A stretch of 64,000 bases of DNA from Octopus vulgaris (taxonomy: Eukaryota): the NCBI GenBank assembly GCA_951406725.2, contig OX597832.1, forward strand, positions 8,184,001 through 8,248,000, read 5' to 3'. Shown here one piece after another: positions 55,929-64,000 of the stretch. The notes under the pieces are model-generated. The model saw only the letters and a list, made by a program, of their open reading frames with translations, made no database searches and was not told where the DNA came from. Both the position numbers and the translations under genes were made by a program. Position 1 is the stretch's first letter. The number at the start of each line of letters is the position of its first letter.

Positions 55929-57221
55929 TTCACATATACATGCATGTATATAAAATAACTCTATACGCAATACACGTTTGTGTCTGTACATGCGCGCGCC
56001 TATATATACAATAGAACGTAATTGTTGTGCTCCTCATATATTTATGTACACACACACTCACACACACATATGCATATATATCATAGAGTGCACCCATAGC
56101 CAGTGATACATTTACAATTGGAACGTATCACATTCCAATGCAGAAACAAATTACAAAATTTAATAGCCGAGCTCAATATAATATAAACAACTTTTGATGA
56201 TTTATAATAATACAACATTCTATATTAAAGCCGTTATCTTCATTTCACGTTTGAAATCTCAACAGGTTCCATTTTTATTATTAAGAATTTAAATTCATAA
56301 TAAGTTTTTTTAATGTATGTATTTATGTACTTTTATAATTATATTTGTATTTATTATAATGTGTTTTTCGTGGAATTATAATTGGCAATTGATATATAAT
56401 CTTAATGTCAATTGAGACGCGACCGAATGATATTTCTTCCCTTTTTCTTTCTATTCATTTCATATACGAATATCTGAAGTAAAAAAATAATAGAAGAAAA
56501 AGCAACATGATAATATATATATATAAAGAAATAAATGTATTTGTTAACGAATAAACAAGATTAAATTCCAACCCAGACGACGCTTAATGGAAATAGATTA
56601 CCGAGCAAAAAGAAAACAAATATAAAACAGAAAACTACCAGAGAAAGAAATACAGAAATTAAAAACGGAAAGAGAGTGAGCGGAGGGAAATGTGTGAAAG
56701 AGGAAGGTATACAGCGGGAAAAAAATTTATGGATAATGAGATAAATGCTAAGAATGTGAGCATTAGAGAGCAAAAGCGTGACAAGGAGAGAAAGAAAGCG
56801 AGAGATAGAAAGGGGGAGATAGCAACAAAGAGAGAGAGAGAGACACACACACACACACACAGACAGACAGAGAGAAGGAAGCAAAAGAAGGAGAGGAGAG
56901 AAGGAGAAAAAAGTGATGGAATGAGAGAGTACGAAACATGTTGCAAGAGATGCGGTACGACGGATGGTTAAGATTTTGAGATTGCTATGATTGTTAGTGT
57001 AGCAATTGTACATCCATATTGCATAATATTAATTATATATACATTGATATGTTTATTTACACGAGACAGCAAATATCACAGTTATATAGGATGAGAAACT
57101 TATACAATATATTTATTTATCCCTATTCACTATATTCATTCATTTCTGACGTATATTAAAGTAGCCAAAGCACCTCTCTTGTCGAAAGAACCCCTCTACC
57201 TCTCCTTTACCTTTACACATG

Positions 57222-57437
57222 ATTGTGTCTGTATTTGTCCCCCCAACATCGCTTGACAACCGATGCTGGTGTGTTTACGTCCCCGTAACTCAGCGGTTCA
57301 GCAAAAGAGACCGATAGAATAAGTACTAGGCTTACAAAGATTAAGTCCTGGGGTCGATTTGCTCGACTAAAAAGGTGGTGCACCAGCATGGCCACAGTCA
57401 AATGACTGAAACAAGTAAAAGAGTAAAGGAGAGTAAA
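57222..57437 (+). mobile_element. SINE family B, 5'-truncated
   Basis: Closely matches the 3' half of 54805-55187. Confidence 0.88.
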
Positions 57438-58329
57438 ATCTTGATCAATCAAAACTATGATTAATGGTGTATCCTTCCTCATAAGCAAGTAATTCACTTG
57501 AATATATTTCTTAAGACACATTACTAAAGTTCTCTTCCATTATCTAAAACGACTTGTTTTTAGTAATGCAAATTAGATGCTCTTTCTAGCATCTGCTGTT
57601 GGTTTTTACTATTTCACGGTTGCCACGCAATAAGCCTTTTTCTCTAACCATTAAAATGTACCTCTATGTGCTTTACAACCTTCGTTTCTCATCCAGCTTC
57701 CTCTCATTGTCACACATTTCCAAGCAATTTATGACGTTATCTTAATACACAATGCAATTTCGCACGAAAATGAAGTGAATTTGCTTTAAGCGAAAGTCGT
57801 GGGCAGATTGTAAATTCATTTTATCGCACGTTAAATCGTAACTACCTACAAGTTATATTTTAATTAATTACAAATTCTGATTAAATTGAATTTCTGTTGT
57901 GCATTTGCTCGCTTTGCATTTGAAGTGTTGCTTCTAATGAAAGAAGAAAAAATATATCGTATGAATCAGCTCAAGTAATTTCAGACATAAAATAACAAAG
58001 GAAAATGTCTTGATAAACAGAGGACTTAATCGTTAAGTACGATTCACTCAATATGCTACCTATTTCCGATCCCCAAATTTGTCTCTATTAATTTTTCATT
58101 TCTTAATCTGTCTGATTGTCATTTTCAAAATATACAATGCAGAGTATCCTGGGTTGCCACCTGGCACCACATTTACTATAAGGATCACATTTAAGGTGAA
58201 GATCCAAGGTTATGCCACATAAAAAGTTTCTCCTGACAGGAGTTCCCGGTTTACATATTATACTCTCAAGAAAAGAAGCTTGCTACAATACAGAGTACAC
58301 TACTACCATTGTTATTTCAACGCATTTAA

Positions 58330-58515
58330 GGCGGTGACCTGGCAAAAATGCTTAGCGATATTTCGTCGGTCTTAACTTTCTGAGTTTAATTTACGCTGAA
58401 ATCGACTTCGCCTGTCATCCTTTCGGCGTCGATAAAATAAGTACCAGTTGAGTACTGGTGTCGATGTAATAAAGTTACACTCACCCCCAAAATTTCTGGC
58501 CTTGTGCAAAATTTT
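58330..58515 (+). mobile_element. SINE family A (degenerate)
   Basis: GGCGGTGACCTGGCA...TCATCCTTTCGGCGTCGATAAAATAAGTACCAGTTGAGTACTGG. Confidence 0.75.
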
Positions 58516-58619
58516 GCGATTATTTTTATAACGATGCTTGAATTATGCAAAAATACATGAAAAGCGTTAGTAATGGAATACTCATCGCCAATCTCTTTGT
58601 ATTTATCAGATACTAGATA

Positions 58620-59957
58620 TTAGGTTGTTCCAAAAATAATGGCCGTTCTAAGTGTTGTTTTTTGAAACGCAATTTTATCATAGTATTTTAATTATGCTTT
58701 AGATACATTTCGACTTACTTAATAATTGATGCATGCTCTTTACTTATTTTCTACTTAATTCAGTCAGAAAACATTCTTGAAGCATAGGCGCCCATAATTA
58801 TGAACATGAGAAAAAATGGCCTTCGCTTACTTTTCTTGCATGAGTTCAAGCTTGGACACAATGCCTTCCAAACTGCTGACAATATCAACAGAGCATGGGG
58901 AGAGGGGTCGACAGGTGATCGCACAGTACGAAGGTGGTTTCAGAAATTCCGTAGCGGTGATGAGAACCTTGAAGATGAAGAAGGCAGAGGAGGGTAATGC
59001 AGTCTTGACAATGAACAATTGAAAGCAATAGTTGAACAGAAACCATGTCAAAATGCCAGAGAAATGTCTCGGGCAGTCGGTGTCGCTATTGCAAACGGTC
59101 ACAGGCAATCTGCAGAAGATTGGTATGGTGAAAAAGTTTTGATAAATGGGTACTGCATGAGCTCGATGAAAATCAAAATGTCCGGCGTTTTAAAGTGTTC
59201 TCGATGCTCTTTCTGCGAAATACCAATGATCCTTTTTGTGACGGAAAGTGGTTCCTTTACGATAGGTCAAAGGCTTGATCGTGATGAGTCCCCCCAAACA
59301 TTGCCCAGAGCCAAAGTTGCATCAGCAAAAGATAATGGTGACTGTCTGGTGGTTTGTTATTGGTGTTGTCCATTACAGCCTTCTGGAAGCCAATCAGAGC
59401 TTTACAACAGACGTTTACTGTAATCAATTCGCTGAAATGCAACCTCACTTAAAAACAATGAACATGCATTGGTGAATCGCTGTGGTCCAGTACTACTCCA
59501 TGATAATGTAAATCCACATGTTGCAAGCATGACGCTGCAGAAACTCACAGACTTGCGAGTGAAAGATCCGGAGAATATGGGATAAGAGACTTTACTGCAC
59601 CCTTCATATTCTCCTGACCTTTCACCCAATGACTACCATTTTTAAAGCATTTAAACACGTTTTTAAGTGATAAAACTTTCAGATCAAAACCAGAGGTGAA
59701 ATCAGCTTCCAAAAATTTCTTAGCATCAAAGCCAATAAATGTTTATCAACGAGGGATAAATGATCTCGTTGATTTCAGACGTAAAATAACAAAGGAAAAT
59801 GTCTTGATAAACAGAGGACTTAATCGTTAAGTACGATTCACTCAATATGCATAGATGTTCACGGTTCGTACTTTGGCTAATCAAAACATTTCTATTGTTA
59901 ATTTTACCAGAATAAAATAATGTTCTGAAATTGGCCATTGTTTTCCGAATAAACTCA
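58620..59957 (+). mobile_element. Near full-length decayed mariner (Hsmar1/SETMAR-like transposase pseudogene)
   Basis: Imperfect TIRs TTAGGTTGTTCCAAAAATAATGGCC and GGCCATTGTTTTCCGAATAAACTCA with flanking TA. HTH region FLHEFKLGHNAFQTADNINRAWGEGSTGDRTVRRWFQKFRSGDENLEDEEGRG, then PKLHQQKIMVTVWW, LLHDNVNPH and HPSYSPDLSPNDYH. Stops and frameshifts present. Confidence 0.93.
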
Positions 59958-60854
59958 TAGAACACTCTGCAGACGAGTTCATGTATATATACACGTATAT
60001 GCACACACAAACATGCATATATCAGCACGTATCTCTGTCGTTTTCGAAGAAGAGTATTGTGGTTTTTGAGTAACTGCTTGAATATTTCATTTTCTCAACC
60101 AGAAGCAGTCTTTCTACTTTTGCTTACAGGTGTATCCAAAGTGCTTCTCTTCAGGCTCTGTCTGCTAATGTTTACACTTAACGGATGAGCCGATGCGAAG
60201 ATAAAGAATATAACATTCACTCAAATATAACGCTGTGATGTCAAATCCAAGTGGTCGAGGTTGCAAAGCAAAGTTCTCAACATATTTCAAATACGTGTAG
60301 TAGTTTTGTCGGTGATATGATCGGATTATTATTTTATCCGATTTAAATGTTTTCACGTCTAGAAAGATTGACGCGCCAAATGGTTTAGAAGTGGATGCAT
60401 GCAGGAAAACACAAAACCACATTTAATTGGATATTACAGAAGGCTTACAGCTTACAGCGGATGCAGTGGGAGAAAAGTTTATAGCAAAGAGATTTTAAAA
60501 TGATAATTTGAAGGATGAGACGAAGACCATTAATTTAAATGGTGTGAATGGGAGAGAGAAAGGAAGTTGTTCGTACTGAGGAGGAAAAATCACAATTTTA
60601 AAGATAGCAAAATAACCCCTGCCTCGCATTCATTGACCAGCGACTGCACGAGAGTAACTCTGGTGAGCTCCTTTTGATGCGTTCTAGAATATGTATATGT
60701 GCATGGCTGTACTGTCCGGAATGTGGAATCTACAGTCGATTGCAGGTTCCATTTGACTGTCGCACGAAAGTAATAGTTGTCTAAGAGGATGTAGAACACG
60801 TCAGAACCAGAGCATTCAATGATTATTTAATATTAAGGACCAAGAAAAAGTGAC

Positions 60855-61697
60855 GAGCTGTCAGGATTTTTGGCACGCTGAACAAACTGTTTAGCAGCAT
60901 TTTGCCCGTCTTTACGTCTTAAGTTCAAGTTCCACGGGGGTGGATTTTTGACTTTCATACTTTCAGGGTCGAGTAAACAAGGACCAATGAGTACTGGGGA
61001 TTGATGCAATAAACTTACTCCTTCCTCCGGAATTGCTGGTATTGTGCAAAAATTTGAAACTAATTTTAAGTACTAGAAAGGCGCTGAGCTGGCAGAGTGC
61101 TTAGCGGCATTTCTTCCGACTTTTTACGGTCTAGGTTCAAATTCTACCGAAGTCGACTTTGATTTTCGTCACTTCGCAAACAATAAAATAGGTACCATTT
61201 GATGTAAACGAATAACTTTTTCCTCTAAATTTTGGTCTTGTTCTAAACCTAGAGCGATATACCTGAAATAATATTCAAATATTATTTTGAGAGGTATGTT
61301 TCAATTAATATTCGAAGTATAGATCAGGTGCTACTTTGACATTTATAGACAGTGAGGATGAAGAACATGGAATAAGTGGATTAAAGAAGGAAACCCTCAG
61401 TCATTTTATTGTTATCGATTGTGTATTTAGCATTTTATTTTGATAAATAAGGAATAGATTTTCCTCATGTTAGCAGAAGGCCATTTGTTATGGGAGATGA
61501 TAAGTCAATTAAATCGAACCTTGTGTTCAACTGGTACTAATTTCAACAACAAAAACATATCAAAGTTGGCGTCTGCTGAGATTGAACTCAGAACGTTAAG
61601 ACTCAGAATAAATGCTGCTAAGCATTTTGTGTGACGTTCGAACGATACTGTTAAAAATAATGAAATCAAATATTCACTAACCATGTCTATCTGTTCG

Positions 61698-61781
<84 letters not shown>

Positions 61782-62170
61782 CGTAGTCATTCTAACTAAT
61801 ACAAATGTTCGATTCAAATTTTGGTATAAAGCCGGCAATGTCGGGGAAGGGATTAAATCAATTGCATTGAACTTAGTATTCAACTGGTACTTATTTAATC
61901 GACTCCAAAAGAGATAAAGGGTAAAGTCGACCTCGATAGAAGTTGAACACAGAACATGGAGAAAATGCCGCTCAGCGTTGTTTATCGTTGCGGCAATGAT
62001 TCTGCCAGCTCGTCGCCCGTAACTGACACCCATATTCTTTTCTACTCTAAGCACAAAGCTAGAAATTATTAGAGATGGAGCTAATCGATTACATCGACCC
62101 GACCCCATACGCAACTGGTACTTAATTTATCGACACTGAAAGGATGAAAAGCAAAGTCGACCTCGGCGCA
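60855..62170. mobile_element. Cluster of about five degenerate family A SINEs (two plus, three minus)
   Basis: Family A core motifs at ~60855-61060 (+), 61080-61250 (+), 61495-61650 (-), 61815-62017 (-) and 62035-62170 (-). Confidence 0.7.
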
Positions 62171-63933
62171 ATTCGATAACTTATACAAATATTACAAAGT
62201 TGATGGTAAAAATCTTATAACTACCATTTTAAGAATGAAAGTATTAGTGTGCAAAATATGATTGCAATGGCTGGAAAGAAATTAATACGTTTGTTTCTTG
62301 AGTACTGATATGGGACTAAACAACAACTCTGACTGCAACTATAATAAAATTATGCATATTGTATTTTTAAGCACATGTATAAAAAAAACACACACCAAAG
62401 AAACTGAAGAACAATCATGAAAATACTTATATCATTATCTCATTCAAGTGCGTAAAAGTCTTGATGTAACAGAGACAAGTGATGTTATTATATAGCATTT
62501 ATATAGAAGTAGAAAAATAGAGAAATTAGTCTATGCAATTCTGTGAACTTGTGGTTTATGTAATCTTACTTTAGCAAAGACACGTTGTAAGATTATACTG
62601 CATAATCTGATCGAAATAATTGTATCTACATTCATCAGTGAGATGTAATTTGTATATCGTTTTTCATTTTATTCGACACACTTTTAATTTATTCATTGAA
62701 AATCTTGTCTCTCTTTACACATACGTGATTTTCCAAGTTTCACAGTCGTTAACTGAGTTCCAGCTACCAGTTACCATATTCTATTACCTCACTATTCGAT
62801 GAGTTTGCTTATGTCAATATTTCTCTGAGGACTGCTTCCTCCGTTACGGCTCGATAAAAGTGATGGCCTTTTCTGCAATAAATTATACACATACATACTG
62901 TTATGAGTATGCACGTACACACACACACACAGACAAACACATATACACACGTACTTATACATACATGGTAGATTATTTAAATATTATTGTGATTTAAACA
63001 TTCATTCTCAGTGATAGTATCGGTAAAAAGATTTAATTTTATTACAACTAAATAAGCAACTAGTGTGTGCATAGCATTATCGACGCCGGTCTGACTGCAC
63101 TGTTAATAATATTTCGAGAAGAATCTATTCAAAATTCTGGGTGATACGATAGCAAAACTATCGTTTGATGTATGCTGATGGCTTCTAAACTGTTCGTGAA
63201 TAGTTATTCAATGTCACACAGTCGAGAAATATATATATGTGTTTAACAGGATGTAATTTACACGATGTACTTTCCAAATTTGCATTTTCATCTCGTAATA
63301 CGCCAGCAGAGACGCATTCACACGCACACAAACACATTCACACACACATACACACACTCATGCTTGTATAGAAACAGATTTATACAGAGGCACATTCGCG
63401 CACACATACACTGAATCGTGTATATATATATGTATATGAAATAAAAGACGCATCCTGACACACATTGTTGTTATGTGTATGTAGATAAGTTATCCGTCTA
63501 AATATGTGGACATTTATGTATGTGAATACACACACACACACACACACACAAACGCAAACACACGTACACACATATTGTGCTGTTGGGACAGGCGTTCGAA
63601 GATACGGATTCTTTTGTTTGATCGGCTCCTGAATCATCCTGTGACTTCCAGGGCATTCCACATAATCGTGGAACCTTAATTTAATTTTCAAGCAGAATAA
63701 TTACGTCGCAGTGCATAATAAAACTGCACCTTATGAATTGCTGATATAATCTTTGCAAGTATCGTGTATGATATGTCTGTATACCTAATCTCACTCGTCG
63801 CAATGAATGTTTTTTTTAGGCGAGGGTGTACAGAACGGAATTTGTTTAAGATGCTAGGCAACTATATTGAATCTGGGAACCGCTTGGTGATTGCGAAACA
63901 AACATATTCATTATTCAGCCATACTGCGCTACA

Positions 63934-64000
63934 TTCCTTCCTTCCTTCCTTCCTCCCTTCCTTCCTTCCTTCCTTCCTTCCTTCCTTCCTTCCTTCCTTC
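63934..64000. repeat. (CCTT)n tetranucleotide repeat
   Basis: Directly visible; runs off the window end. Confidence 0.95.

Noticed and set aside
56910-56950. GTGATGG...GAAACATGTT hammerhead-like string
   Set aside because: The core is mutated at several positions and stem II does not pair.
58800-59870. SETMAR-like host gene
   Set aside because: No SET domain, TIRs are present, and there are multiple stops and frameshifts; it is a dead mariner.

Overview
AT-rich, microsatellite-saturated eukaryotic non-coding DNA, most likely from an octopus/cephalopod (inferred from the SINE, LINE and mariner repertoire; not checked against a database). Almost all ORFs in the track are translations of (TA)n, (TAA)n or (CA)n repeats. 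No intact host protein-coding gene can be supported; there are only weak splice-signal exon candidates near 9.5 kb (+) and 48-49.5 kb (-). Recognisable content: (i) a stack of R4/Dong-like RLE LINE fragments in (TAA)n tracts, (ii) RTE and possibly L1/Tx1-like LINE relics, (iii) three decayed mariner elements with TIRs and TA target sites plus a maT/Tc1-like relic, (iv) a Helitron 3' end, and (v) at least three tRNA-derived SINE families. The most interesting signals are RNA-structural. A ~1.1 kb foldback element carries two identical type I hammerhead ribozymes on opposite strands (31.9-33.0 kb). A tRNA-headed SINE, split by a 5' inversion, reconstitutes a minimal Penelope-type hammerhead when re-oriented (29.4-29.7 kb), suggesting a Pol III SINE that parasitises Penelope-like retroelements. 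A 79-bp templated insertion copied from nearby flanking DNA interrupts one mariner transposase.
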